A stretch of 45,267 nt of DNA, taken from Candidatus Rifleibacteriota bacterium. Its GTDB lineage: Bacteria; Muiribacteriota; Ozemobacteria; Ozemobacterales; Ozemobacteraceae. Every line of letters begins with the position of its first letter. The first letter of the stretch is position 1. Below are positions 23,816 to 35,500 of the stretch, piece after piece. The notes below the pieces were generated by a model. That model was not told the origin of the DNA and made no database searches. It saw nothing but the letters and a program-made list of their open reading frames with translations. The position numbers and the translations under genes were made by a program. The DNA is taken from assembly GCA_051747585.1 (NCBI GenBank), contig JBNJGH010000018.1, positions 1 through 45,267 of the forward strand, written 5' to 3'.

Positions 23816-24744
23816 TGGCGGCACAAAGCAAAAAAAAGACTGATGAGAAAGAAATCGGATCTGTAGACCTTATCAGCACTCTGACCTGCCCGGGTATAGA
23901 AAGCTGTTACGAAGCTGAAATCGCCATCCCCGACGAAGAAGATTTCATTGAAGTAAGCAGCGAACCTGAGGTTCAAAAATCAAGTTTTTCCCCATCAGCG
24001 CCAGGTAAAAGGTTGCCGCAACCGCAAGCAAAGACGGCAGAGAAAAAATCCCACAAAGACGATCTGGAATCACTTACCAGTCTCATGGGCAAAAACGCCC
24101 GGCCCGGCAAACCGGCCCGAGACAAAGGCCAGCATGCAAAACAGGCTCTAACCGAAATCGAGCCGGTCGAAAATGACAGCCTAGAAAGAATTGCCGAAGA
24201 AATCAGCAAATGCGAAAAATGCGAGCTGTGCAAAACCCGCAACAAAACTGTTCCCGGTCATGGGCCTGCTAATGCACGCCTGGTTTTCATCGGCGAAGCA
24301 CCAGGTGCAGACGAAGATGCTTCAGGCATACCCTTTGTAGGCCGCGCCGGTCAACATTTCGACAAAATCCTGGCCGCTGCCGGCTTTGACAAAAGCGAAA
24401 TATTCATCTGCAATATTTTAAAGTGCCGTCCCCCCGGCAACCGCAACCCCGCCCTTTCGGAAATGGTAAGTTGCACACCCTTTCTTCAGCGTCAGCTCAA
24501 GCTTATAAAACCTGACCTTATTGCCTGTCTTGGCAATGTAGCCAATCGCTACGTAATAGGCCCCGACACCCCCGGCATAACACGCATACACGGTGAGTGG
24601 TTTCAGTCAATTTTCGCCATTCCCACTATGGCAATGTATCACCCGTCTTACCTGGTGCGTTCAGCCTCCCGTGCCAAAGGCAGCCCCAACTGGCAAATGT
24701 GGCAGGACATACAAAAACTGAAAAAACGCTTCGACTCAGTATAA
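23815..24744 (+). CDS. Family-4 uracil-DNA glycosylase with ~115 aa low-complexity N-terminal extension
   Basis: CEKCELC, FIGEAPG.DED.SG.PFVGRAG, NILKCRPPGNRNP, YHPSYL. Confidence 0.93.
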   Translation: MAAQSKKKTDEKEIGSVDLISTLTCPGIESCYEAEIAIPDEEDFIEVSSEPEVQKSSFSPSAPGKRLPQPQAKTAEKKSHKDDLESLTSLMGKNARPGKPARDKGQHAKQALTEIEPVENDSLERIAEEISKCEKCELCKTRNKTVPGHGPANARLVFIGEAPGADEDASGIPFVGRAGQHFDKILAAAGFDKSEIFICNILKCRPPGNRNPALSEMVSCTPFLQRQLKLIKPDLIACLGNVANRYVIGPDTPGITRIHGEWFQSIFAIPTMAMYHPSYLVRSASRAKGSPNWQMWQDIQKLKKRFDSV

Positions 24745-24797
24745 TTTTTTTTAATTTTATCCGGTAAAGTGAGTAAAGCTGCTTGGCAAGCATCCAT

Positions 24798-24848
24798 TGG
24801 GGGTTTCGACGCTTCGACTACGCTCAGCGCAAGCTTGCTCAACCACCA
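24798..24848. repeat. REP-like module TTCGAC..CTTCGACTACGCTCAG..GCTCAACC (single copy here)
   Basis: GGGGGTTTCGAC-GCTTCGACTACGCTCAGCGCAAGC-TTGCTCAACCACC; resembles TTCGAC(N)GCTCAG intergenic repeats I recall from other bacteria; looks like one module nested in another. Confidence 0.4.
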
Positions 24849-24889
24849 CTATGTGCGATAGAAAATCTTAGTAAATTTTGTATGCCTTA

Positions 24890-24918
24890 TTGCTATAGAG
24901 TTTTATACATGCTAAGAT
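24890..24918 (+). promoter_or_regulatory. Promoter for the 1490 aa lipoprotein (probably leaderless)
   Basis: TTGCTA 24890-24895, 17 bp, TG-n-TAAGAT 24913-24918, 7 nt to ATG 24926, no SD. Confidence 0.6.
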
Positions 24919-24925
24919 CCTTATT

Positions 24926-27900
24926 ATGAGGAATCTCCTGGTTATTTTTCTTATGTTCTGCCTGTGCATTTTCATTGGCTGTCTCGGTATGAGCGGTTCA
25001 AGTGAAACCGGCACCATTACCGGCCCTACCCAACAAGACAGTATTTCACTCATTTCAGGAAGGGCATACTTTTCTGACCGCCAGTTGTATGGCTACATTC
25101 CAATCGCAGCTGTTAATGCTGCCGACGAACAAAGCGAATTAGTTTTTACCGACAGCGCAGGCTATTATAATTTTTATGAGCTAAAACAGGGAATTTACGA
25201 TCTGGTTGCTATAACCGGAGAAAGTGAAGTTACCTTCGCCCGCGGAGTTCAAGTTGACGGATCTAAACCGGTTCAGGTTTCGCAAACCGCTCTTTTAGGA
25301 TTAAGCGAAATAATTGTAAGCAATATCAGTTCAACTTCTTTTAAACTTAGTTTTAAATCCAACCGCGCCGCAAGAGCTTCAGTGGAATATGGACCTGTAG
25401 GCAGTTTTCAGGAGATTGTAACAATTGGGCAGGCTGGTGCCACTTATCATGAAGTCACTCTTACCGGTCTGAAACCATTTACCAATTATGAAGTATCTAT
25501 CTACCTTACCGGTGATGACGGGCAAACCTTTATTATGCGCGGCCTCTCTGCTGCAACTACTTCCGGCACTGGACCCGAAAATCTTATGGTAGCAATAAAT
25601 GAAGGCTTCTATGAAACCGACTCCCATAATGTAACCCTTGATCTTAACGCAGATAATGCTGCCGAAATGCGAATTGGCGAATCTTATGACCTTTCTGACG
25701 CAAACTGGGTAAGTTACTCTCCAACCTACGATTACAGCTTCAAAAGCCTTTCCCCCGGCACCAAAAGAGTATATGTTCAATTTAAAGACTCCAATGGGCA
25801 AACCTCTTCAATTCAAAACGATTCTATACTTTTGAATCAGACTGGATATATCGGTGTCTGGATAAACGATGGGGATGCCCTTACAAATAACACTGATGCG
25901 ATATTAAGCATTGCTTACCCCGGTGCAACCGAAATGAAACTTTCAAATTCTTCAAGCTTTATAAATTCTTTCTGGGAACCTTACATTGAAGTAAAAAAAT
26001 GGAAATTTGATTCGGAAGACGGCCTTAAAACAGTTTATTGCAAATTCAAAGGTGGCCAGGCAAATCCTGATGAGACTTTTACGGCGTCGATTATAGTCGA
26101 TACTACTCCCCCTGAAGTAAAGATGGAAATTAACGGTGGAGATTCCTATACTGCCTCTACCACTGTTTACCTCTCATTTAACTTCACTACTTTACCAACC
26201 GAGATGAAAATTGCCAACAGCGAAGCTCCAACCAGTGAGCAAAGCTGGATTGACTTTGAAACCCCTTATGAGTGGGAAGTCTCGACAGACGATGAAGAAA
26301 AAACTATATATGCACTTTTCCGTGACGGGGCAGGCAATGAATATGGCCCGATTTCAGAAATAATTGAACTGGATACCGCTGCTCCGACCGGTAACAGCAT
26401 CTCAATCAAATATGACGATGATGCTACGGGAGAAGATATTGAATTTGCCTTGACTGCAAGCCTTCCGGTTTTCCTCCATTTTGACGTAGCCGACGAATCT
26501 ACACATGAAGCAAGATACGCAATAACAGAAGCTACTACTACTGAACCTTTAAACTTAACCAGCGTAAGCGCTCCCTTTCCTCCAGTTGCTCTATATGAGG
26601 AACAAATACCGGTTGGAGAACATAAAATCTGGACTCAGTTTGCAGACGAAGCCGGAAATACCGGTTATTTTCAATCGCAACAGCTGACAGTTGACGGTCC
26701 CCAGATTATTATTTCACCGGAAAGCAGCGAACTTTTGTCAGATGACGAACAGCAATTCACTGCAACTATTAAAAACATTGAAATGCAGGATGTTGGCTCT
26801 ATCAGATGGCGTGTTATCAATGGATCTGGAACAATAGATGATGATGGGCTATACACTGCACCTGCGCCAATATATAAAAATTCACAAGCTACAGTAAGAG
26901 CAGACTCTACCGAAATATCAACCCTTTACAAGCACGCCACAGTTAATTTGCAGACTTCGGTTGAAATGCTTTTTCAGCAAAGAGGCGACAGCTTCGATTA
27001 TGATGAAATAGAAGATCAGGTCGCACCCGACCAGGAGTTTAACCAGCAAATTCAAATTCTGCACAGCAATCAGGGCATTGAAGTCAGTAGCCAACCCTCA
27101 GCAGGAACGGTTGCAGTTTCTGCTCCCGCCAGTTTTAATTATGGAGTTGTAGCGACCCTTACTTATAATGCTCCTGACGTTGCTCCCAGCCCCAACGAGG
27201 TTTTTATTGGTGTTCGTTCGGTCGAAAAGCCACAAACAGTAGTAGGCACAATCAGTTTACTTATCTCAACCGGCCCTAATATCGCTCTTTCCGCATCAAA
27301 CGACAAGGTTCAAAGAAATTCTCCAATCGATGTGTCTGCAGATATTAAAGGCACAGATGAAACCGATGTTAACTGGACCCTCAGCCCGGCCAATTGGGCA
27401 AGCTTTGATCAGAACGACAATTCCGTTAACACAACAACATCCAGCCCCGATCACGATGTTTCCATTTATGCCGCAGAACCTTCGCAAATTAAACAGGCGT
27501 CATTAACTGCAACCATAGATGGCACAAGCAAAAGTTACAATTTCTCTGTTTATCCGCCAATCAGCTTTCAGATTAATCCTGTCGCAACCTCAGCCCTGCC
27601 TTTAATAGACCCCATTACTTTCAAGGCACAGAGTTTTGATTATATGCTTGATACGGCAACTGAATCCGTTACCTGGGAATTCAAAAACGCAAGCCGCCCC
27701 GACTTCATGCCTGCTGACGGTAAAACTTATATCGACAGAGGCTCTTTGACGGTTATAGACTCTACAACAGCCGAATATAGAAGGCCTACTAAATTACCCA
27801 GCGAAACAGATACTACGGCAGCAGATTACATAGTTATAAGGGCAACAGCCAAATCAGACCCGACCGCTTCTAATACTGCGATCGCAACAATTACCCCCAA

Positions 27901-29398
27901 TGTAGAGGTTAAAGTCTATAAAACAATCGAAAAAGACAACCCCATAACCGAAGCAGAGACCGTAGCAGAAGTAGGTAAGATTCAATTCTTTGCTGATGTA
28001 ACTCCCAGTGTTATTGGCAATACGGCTGTAAGCTGGACAGTAAACGGAGTAACAGAATCTGAGCAGTATGGCAGCATCGACCAGAACGGACTTTATACAG
28101 CACCTGATGAAATCGTTGTAAACGAAGTAACGGTAAGAGCTTCTTCTGATTATGACCCAACTGCTTTTGCATCTGTAGACGTCTCTTTAAGCCCTTTCTG
28201 GATGCCAAAAAGACAAAATATGACAGACTCAATAACTGATGAATTAATGCCAATAGAATCTCTACTGGTCAATCCTTACACTGCAAGTGGTACAGGCTTT
28301 GAAGTTTATGCCGGCACCATAAAATATGGTGTGTGGCGTGCGTTCTTTTCCGACACACCTGGCGACACCAGCGGTGGCGACTGGGAGCCCATACAAAATT
28401 TATCCAGTGACAACCAGGAAGCCACAGGGAAATACTTTATTGGCTCTCTTGTTATTTCGCCGGACGAATATATATATGCAGGCACTAAAGACGGTATCTG
28501 GTATATTCCAACTTCCGGTGCTGCCCAAAAGGTAACAGGGGATGAAGCAGCAAACAACCCACCAGATGAAAACTATTTAAAATTAGAATTTCATACCCAG
28601 CATTCCGAATACCTGTTCGCCACAACTCCCGGTGGGGTTTACCGTCTGGAACTACAAGACCCCCAAACCTGCTCGGGATGGCAAAAAATACTTAATACAA
28701 CTGATCCCTTTAAAGATTCAGAATTAGAATCCCGAACAGATGACACTGCTTCTCCACCTGTAACTGTTTCTGCCTACACCAACACCTATAACGACAATCC
28801 TATAGACGGTATTCTGAAAACTATCGCCTATGATGACTATAATAACCGTCTTTATGCCGGTGGCGAAGACGGAATTTTTCTTTATATGAAAAACACATCG
28901 GTTCCCAATCTTATAGAAACAACCGCTGATGCTTTTGTTGCCAATCCTCCCAGTGTTGCTACGACCTTATCAAATTTTTACCTTCTTTCTGGTAATCAAC
29001 CAGAGCAAAATACCCTCGCTGCACCGCCTTTAGATATGGCCCTGGATCAGATTAATCGAAGCACCATCTGGGCAGCCACTGTCGGAGGAGTATATAGATC
29101 TGTTGACAACGGAACAACATGGACTGCTAAAGGATTTGGGACTGGTAGCACAGTCAACACAAGAGCTATAATTGTCGATCCGACAAACACTATCAACGTT
29201 CTTGCAGGTAGTGAAGACGGGCTTTACCGCTCAACCGATGCCGGTGGCAGCTGGAAACGAATCCGCAGCGGTCTTGGTAACCATAAAACTATAACCTGCT
29301 TAATTCAAGCAGCCGGTAGAGCAGGTGAGAGAAGAAAAGTCTGGGTCGGCACCGCCGGCGGAGTTTTTATGGGCCGCCAGTCCCTCGATTTAGAGTAA
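24926..29398 (+). CDS. Large acidic surface lipoprotein: carboxypeptidase-regulatory-like, FN3 and Ig-like repeats, C-terminal BNR/Asp-box beta-propeller
   Basis: Lipobox FIG|C; HEVTLTGLKPFTNY (FN3); repeated IN.G...T....V.L / G.K.VY..F.D; G.ID..GLYTAP twice; YRSVDNGTTW and YRSTDAGGSW Asp-boxes. Confidence 0.85.
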   Translation: MRNLLVIFLMFCLCIFIGCLGMSGSSETGTITGPTQQDSISLISGRAYFSDRQLYGYIPIAAVNAADEQSELVFTDSAGYYNFYELKQGIYDLVAITGESEVTFARGVQVDGSKPVQVSQTALLGLSEIIVSNISSTSFKLSFKSNRAARASVEYGPVGSFQEIVTIGQAGATYHEVTLTGLKPFTNYEVSIYLTGDDGQTFIMRGLSAATTSGTGPENLMVAINEGFYETDSHNVTLDLNADNAAEMRIGESYDLSDANWVSYSPTYDYSFKSLSPGTKRVYVQFKDSNGQTSSIQNDSILLNQTGYIGVWINDGDALTNNTDAILSIAYPGATEMKLSNSSSFINSFWEPYIEVKKWKFDSEDGLKTVYCKFKGGQANPDETFTASIIVDTTPPEVKMEINGGDSYTASTTVYLSFNFTTLPTEMKIANSEAPTSEQSWIDFETPYEWEVSTDDEEKTIYALFRDGAGNEYGPISEIIELDTAAPTGNSISIKYDDDATGEDIEFALTASLPVFLHFDVADESTHEARYAITEATTTEPLNLTSVSAPFPPVALYEEQIPVGEHKIWTQFADEAGNTGYFQSQQLTVDGPQIIISPESSELLSDDEQQFTATIKNIEMQDVGSIRWRVINGSGTIDDDGLYTAPAPIYKNSQATVRADSTEISTLYKHATVNLQTSVEMLFQQRGDSFDYDEIEDQVAPDQEFNQQIQILHSNQGIEVSSQPSAGTVAVSAPASFNYGVVATLTYNAPDVAPSPNEVFIGVRSVEKPQTVVGTISLLISTGPNIALSASNDKVQRNSPIDVSADIKGTDETDVNWTLSPANWASFDQNDNSVNTTTSSPDHDVSIYAAEPSQIKQASLTATIDGTSKSYNFSVYPPISFQINPVATSALPLIDPITFKAQSFDYMLDTATESVTWEFKNASRPDFMPADGKTYIDRGSLTVIDSTTAEYRRPTKLPSETDTTAADYIVIRATAKSDPTASNTAIATITPNVEVKVYKTIEKDNPITEAETVAEVGKIQFFADVTPSVIGNTAVSWTVNGVTESEQYGSIDQNGLYTAPDEIVVNEVTVRASSDYDPTAFASVDVSLSPFWMPKRQNMTDSITDELMPIESLLVNPYTASGTGFEVYAGTIKYGVWRAFFSDTPGDTSGGDWEPIQNLSSDNQEATGKYFIGSLVISPDEYIYAGTKDGIWYIPTSGAAQKVTGDEAANNPPDENYLKLEFHTQHSEYLFATTPGGVYRLELQDPQTCSGWQKILNTTDPFKDSELESRTDDTASPPVTVSAYTNTYNDNPIDGILKTIAYDDYNNRLYAGGEDGIFLYMKNTSVPNLIETTADAFVANPPSVATTLSNFYLLSGNQPEQNTLAAPPLDMALDQINRSTIWAATVGGVYRSVDNGTTWTAKGFGTGSTVNTRAIIVDPTNTINVLAGSEDGLYRSTDAGGSWKRIRSGLGNHKTITCLIQAAGRAGERRKVWVGTAGGVFMGRQSLDLE

Positions 29399-29430
29399 GA
29401 AAATCTATCTTTCTTAAATTCAACCTGCCC

Positions 29431-29566
29431 CTGTATCTAAAGTCGCTATCGGAATCGGAATCGCTTTTCGTCATTGCGAGGAGTGCAGCAACGAAGCAAT
29501 CTTATTCTTATCAAGAAAAGATATTTTAACTGTGATTGCTTCACTCCGCTCGCAATGGCAGCCACA
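29431..29566. repeat. REP-like doublet B4 plus family-C hexamer module between convergent genes
   Basis: GTCATTGCGAGGAG..CGAAGCAATC (29470-29501) faces GATTGCTTC..CTCGCAATGGC (29534-29559); same modules as the B1-B3 cores but arranged outward. Confidence 0.8.
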
Positions 29567-29577
29567 TTCAGCAACTT

Positions 29578-32500
29578 CTACCAGTCGGTAAATCTTAATC
29601 TATGTATACAATTTCCCGATTTATCTACGATATAAAGATCATCTTCCATTATAGTTATACCCCATGGCTCGGTAAATTCGCCCATATGCGGTGTAGTACC
29701 AACATTACCGAAAGAATAAAGCAAAGTACCATCAGGTGCCACAACATGAACCTTCGGATCCCCGGCAGTCGGATCTGTTATATAAAGGTTGCCCGAAGGC
29801 CCCTGAACTATATAATGAGCATTGTTTACCGTACCGCTATTCCAGACAACTGTATTCAATGAGCTATTAAGCTTAAGCAAACGATTATTAGCTTGCTCTG
29901 CAACAAAAATATTGGTTGAATCAACATAATTAATTCCAACTGGTGTGGTTACCGACTCATTATCTGAGTAGAATTCACCGTTATCTCGATCGATTTTTTT
30001 AACCATATTGTTACCACTGTCTGAAATGTAAATAGCATTGGCATCTATATTTAACCCTAAAGGATTATCAAATTCCTCATCACCAGTACCATGGTCATAA
30101 GGGTAGTCTATAACACCCAGGGATCCAAGGTCGCCAGTGTTCCAGCTTTGAATACGATAATCAGCTCCTGCATTGTTTCCAAGACTTACCAAAGTGGTTC
30201 CATCAACCGATAGATCAATAAAATTATGGGTATGGGAAGCAACAGCGGTTTCAGTAGCAATTTCAGTTAAATCACCGTCGGTTGTGAGACCAGTATTCAT
30301 GCGGGTCAGTTTTACAATACGACTATTACCTTCATCGATTGCAAATGCTGTTGTATTATCACTATTAACAATAGTTGCGGGCAAATTTAAAGTTGTTGGA
30401 CCTCCATTTGGATTGGAAAAAATAGAGTATGTTTCGGGCTCCCAGGTCCAGAAAGTGATGGTTGTAGTAGCCGTCTGAGCAAATTCGTCTTCACAAACAA
30501 CAGTATAGGTAAAGCTACCCGGGTCTTCGAAATTCAGAGTAAAGGTTGCGGCATTTTGAATGTTGGTTGCGCCCTCATACCAATGTAAGCGATCGGGTGG
30601 AATTATAGTACCAACTTCATTTTGTGCTTCCACGCTGAAAGTTAATGGCGCACCGGGGCTGGCAAGATATACCGGAATATGATTACCCGGAGACATGTAT
30701 TCAGGGCCATCTGCATATTTTACAGGACTTACGACAAACGGGTCTAGGGTAAAAGTTGGCGGTGTATCTATTAGAACCATGATTCTATCAGAACGCATCG
30801 TTCCCTGCGAATCTGTACCTCTGTATTCAATTGTCTGCCAACCTCTGTTTGCGACTCCAAAAATATAAGAATCACTCGAACCGGAACCTATAACAGTTGC
30901 TCCTTCTACCCAATACCATTCCATGTTGCCGGTCAAGTCATTCGAGCCGGTAAAACTGACATTAGCATCACTATCAAATCTTGTTCCGGAAGCCGGGCTT
31001 GTTATTTCAGGTAGTTCCATTCCTGTTGTCATTGTTCTGCTGACACTGTTATTAACACCGTATTCATCTTCTACTTCAAGCGAAATATTATAAGTACCTG
31101 TTGGCAAATCAGCTACCGTCGCATCGAAAGTGTCAACACCGGTTCTTAAACCAGTGCCTCCCTGATACCAGGTAAAGGATGCCGGGCTGATACTGACATT
31201 TCCCGAATCTGTGGCCAATCCCTCAAACAGAATATCCTGGCCACCAAAATACATTCCTCCATCGATCGGATATTTAATACTCACATCAGGCGGGTCATCG
31301 ACAAGTATGTCTATAAAATCCTCGGCCACAAGTCCTTTGCTGTCTGTGCCCACATAGGTAATTCTTGTAATACCCCTTGAGGGACTATAATTAATATCTG
31401 AGCCTGTTCCCATCAAGCCACCCGGGTCTGCATACCATTCTAAGGGAATACTCGATAAAGGATCAGAATTACCGATGAAGTTTATTGAACCTATATTATG
31501 AATTGAACCGGAAGCCGGACTAATAATTTCCGGATGCGTTATACCCGTAGTAATGTTGCAAAGAGCCTGCCCAACCTCACCAAAGTTATCTTCTGCCTCA
31601 AGTTTGATTTCAATGGTTCCTGTACCTAAGTCTCCAATGGTTGCAATGTAAGAATCTGTTCCCGTTGTAAGTAAATTAGTATCTATATACCAGCTCAGGT
31701 TTGAAGGAGGAATAGATGCATTTGCAGAATCTGTAGCATTACCGGAAAAAGTCAGCGTCTGCCCACCAAAATACTGACCGCCATTTGTTGGCGTAGCAAT
31801 ACTCACTGACGGATCATCGTTAACCAGAATCTGTATTATACCTTCCCTTGTGGTGCCGGAATCATCGGTGCCACGATAATGAATAGTCTTCAGGCCTCTG
31901 GTAAAGGTTGTAATGCTTGCCGAGGGTCCTGCGCCAAAAGCAAAAGCATCTTCGACACAATACCATTCCATGTCAACCAGACCGGTTAAATCGTTACCGC
32001 TGAAATTCACAGAGCTACCAATGCCAAACTCAGTTCCTGATGCCGGAGAGGAAATGACCGGCAGGCTGATACCTGTCTGAATGCTGTGGGTCACATTATC
32101 GGTAGAACCAAGATCATCTGTAATTTCAAGCTTTATGTTGCGGCTGCCGGTACCAAGATCAGCAATGGTGGCAGTAAAATTGTCAGTACCGCTTTTCCAT
32201 GGTACGGTGTCGAGATACCATTCAAAATTAGCTGAATCAACTGCTCCACCGCCTGAATCTTCTCCATTTCCCGCAATATTAAGAGTCTGGCCGCCAAAAA
32301 ATTTATCAGAATCAAGAGGCGCAGTAATGCTTGCAGTTGGCGGGTCATTAATTGTGATTTGAATTTCACCTTCTCTTGCAGTGCCGGCATCATCGGTGCC
32401 ACGATAATTAATGGTTTTCAGACCACGGCTGAAAGTCGAAATACTTGCCGCAGGCCCGGTGCCGAAAACAAAAGCATCTTCGACACAATACCATTCCATG

Positions 32501-35500
32501 TCAACCAGACCGGTTAAATCGTTACCGCTGAAACTGATGTTATGAACAAGATTATAACTACTGCCATCTGCAGGTGAAGAAATTGATGGATTCGAAATTC
32601 CTGTTTGAACGACATGAGTTACGGAGCCGGTGGATCCCAGGTCATCAGTTACTTCAAGTTTAATATTTCGTGTGCCGGTGCCGAGCTCGCCAATTGTAGC
32701 GGTAAAATTTCCGATACCGCTTTTCCACGAAGCGCCGTCAATCAACCATTTAAAACTGGCGGAATCTATAGCACTTCCATCTGAATCTGTTCCATTGCCT
32801 GAAATACTCAAAGTCTGGCCGCCAAAAAATTTATCAGAATCAAGAGGCGCAGTAATGCTTGCAGTTGGCGGGTCATTAATTGTGATTTGAATTTCACCTT
32901 CTCTGGTTGTGCCGGCATCATCGGTGCCCTGATAATGGATTGTTTTCAGACCACGGCTAAAGGTAGAAATACTTGCCGCAGGCCCGGTGCCGAAAACAAA
33001 AGCATCTTCGACACAATACCATTCCATGTCAACCAGACCGGTTAAATCGTTACCGCTGAAACTGATATTATGAACAAGATTATAACTGCTGCCATCTGCA
33101 GGCGAAGAAATTAACGGATTTGAGATTCCGGTTTGAATTGAATTGGTTACGGCACCTGTGGTTCCAAGGTCATCGGTACCTTCAAGTCTTATACTTTTTG
33201 TTCCTGTGCCAAGTTCGTCTTTAGTTGCTGTGAAGTTGGCAATAGTGCTTTTCCACTCCGAACCATCCAGATACCAGATAAAATTAGCAGCATCAACCGG
33301 ATCACCATTTATATCTGTTCCAGAACCACTAACATCAAGTGATTGGCCACCGAAATAATTTCCGCCATCTACAGGGTTATTTATAACCATTGTTGGCTCT
33401 TCGTTTACTATAATTTGTATATCAGCTTGTTTTAAAACACCCGCGCTGTCAGTTGCAAGATAGGAAATTGTCTTCGTTCCTCTGGTGGCAAATGAATGAC
33501 TTATATTTGCGCCACTGCCAAGAAATGCTTCGCTTGCTGTTCCATATTCCAGATACCATGACATTGTTATTGGCGGGTCACTGTCGGGAGTTCCTGCAAA
33601 ATTAACATTGGTCGCCAAAGCAAATTCACTGCCATCTGCAGGCGAAGTTATTGAAGGAGCTGAGAAACCGTAGTCAAAGCTGTAGGTTATGGTGCCAACA
33701 ACTCCATACTGGTCTTCACCGGTTAGAGTCAAATTATTTGTGCCAGTTGTCAAATCAGCTGATAAAAAGGTAACATCCTTTACAGCACTGTGATCAGGTG
33801 CTGAAATTGCGTTCAGATACCATTTTTTATCAGCATCTAAAATTTCATAAGCAGCGATACTGCCGGTACCAACTCCGGTAAACTCCACATCTGTTCCTGC
33901 AAAGAATTTCGAGCCATTTCCGGGAGTAAAATCCATCGAAGGCGGATCATCCATAAGAATCATAATCGTATCAGTGCTGGTATTTCCGCCATCATCAACC
34001 CCTGAATATGAGATTGTATTCCAGCCAGCGGGTAAAACATCTGAATAATTTGTTCCTGTTACTCCAGTATTTACATCGTTTAGAAACCATGACATCGTAA
34101 TTGAAGGCGATGCAGTAGAGCCAGTAAAAGCAACATCAGTTCCAAGATCATACCTTGTCCCGGAAGCAGGGGTTAAAATCTCGGCGGGCGGATGGCCATA
34201 AAATATGTCATTGCTAATTTCATTTGTTACGCCAACAGTATTTTCGCCCTCTGCTTTTATCTGCCGCCAGCCAACGCCAACTTCGCCGGGATTAACGGTT
34301 TCAGGAGAACCGGTTTTAAACGGACTACCGTCGCCATCCAGATACCAGTTTACGGTTGAGGGCACTATAGGTCCGCCTACAACAAGATCAAAGGGTTTAT
34401 CAACAAAAATTACCGATCCATCAGAAGGAGTAAAAGTTATAGTCGGGCTGTCGCTGACAATTACTCTTATGGTAGCAGAGGCGGGAATACCGGCAGAATC
34501 GGTTCCTATATAGGTTAGATAATGTATGCCATCAGGCGCGGTATAATTTAATGAACTCCCTGCTCCCATATAGGTAGCAGTTGCAACTCCGTAATTAAGC
34601 CACCATTCCATAGTTATGGGTCCAGTGCTGTCAGGCAACCCGGTAAAGTTATATTCAGTTGCCGAGGGTAAAATTTCATCGTTAAGCGGAGAAGTAATAG
34701 TGGCAGTTTGCACACCAAGATAAATGTTTTTTATTTCTCTGCCGACTGCATTTGTTATATCACTATATCCTCGCAATTCTACTTTTTTATAGCCGGCGCC
34801 AATAACAGCAAGTTCATCTTGATCAACAGTATACTTAGAAAATGAAGCCAATCTTTTTGCATCGTCTACATACCATGCCATACGAGAGCCTGGTATTACG
34901 CTGTTATCAAGTGTATCTGTCCCAAGCCCGTTAAAGTCAACATCCTGGCTTTCAAAAAATGCCGTGACATCGGCAGGAGTAAAAGCCATTTCGGGGAATT
35001 GCCCCACACTGATGTTAATACTGTCAGAGCTTATATAGCCTGTGTCATCTACACCAAAATAGCTTATATTATAGTATCCATCGGGTAACAGGGATGTAGA
35101 AACGCTTGCGCCATCGTCAATCTTTTCCTGACTGGCGGCATCACCGTAATTTGCCCACCATTCCATCTGGATCGAACCTGTGCTATCAGGAACACCCTGA
35201 AATTTTATTTCTTCTCCGGTCGTAAAGGTTGAATTATCTGCGGGTGAATTAATCTGAGCTTCTTGAACTCCGGTATTTATAGTCTGAGTTCTTGAACCAA
35301 CTGTTCCGTATGGGCCGGTTGCTTCAACTGTAAACTGGTTGCTCCCTGCGGGGATTTCATCTGCCTGGGTACCTTGATAGGCGGTAAAATTGTCACCGGT
35401 TTGCCAGCCACTGCCGTTAAGTAACCAGCGAACCGCATCACCGCTAATTGGGTCACCGTTTGTATCTGTGCAATTTGCAGTAAAATCGATGCCGTGACCG

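Noticed and set aside
31941..33061. DGR template/variable repeat pair in the giant gene
   Set aside because: The repeats are in-frame tandem domain duplications with identical cores, and there is no reverse transcriptase in the window.
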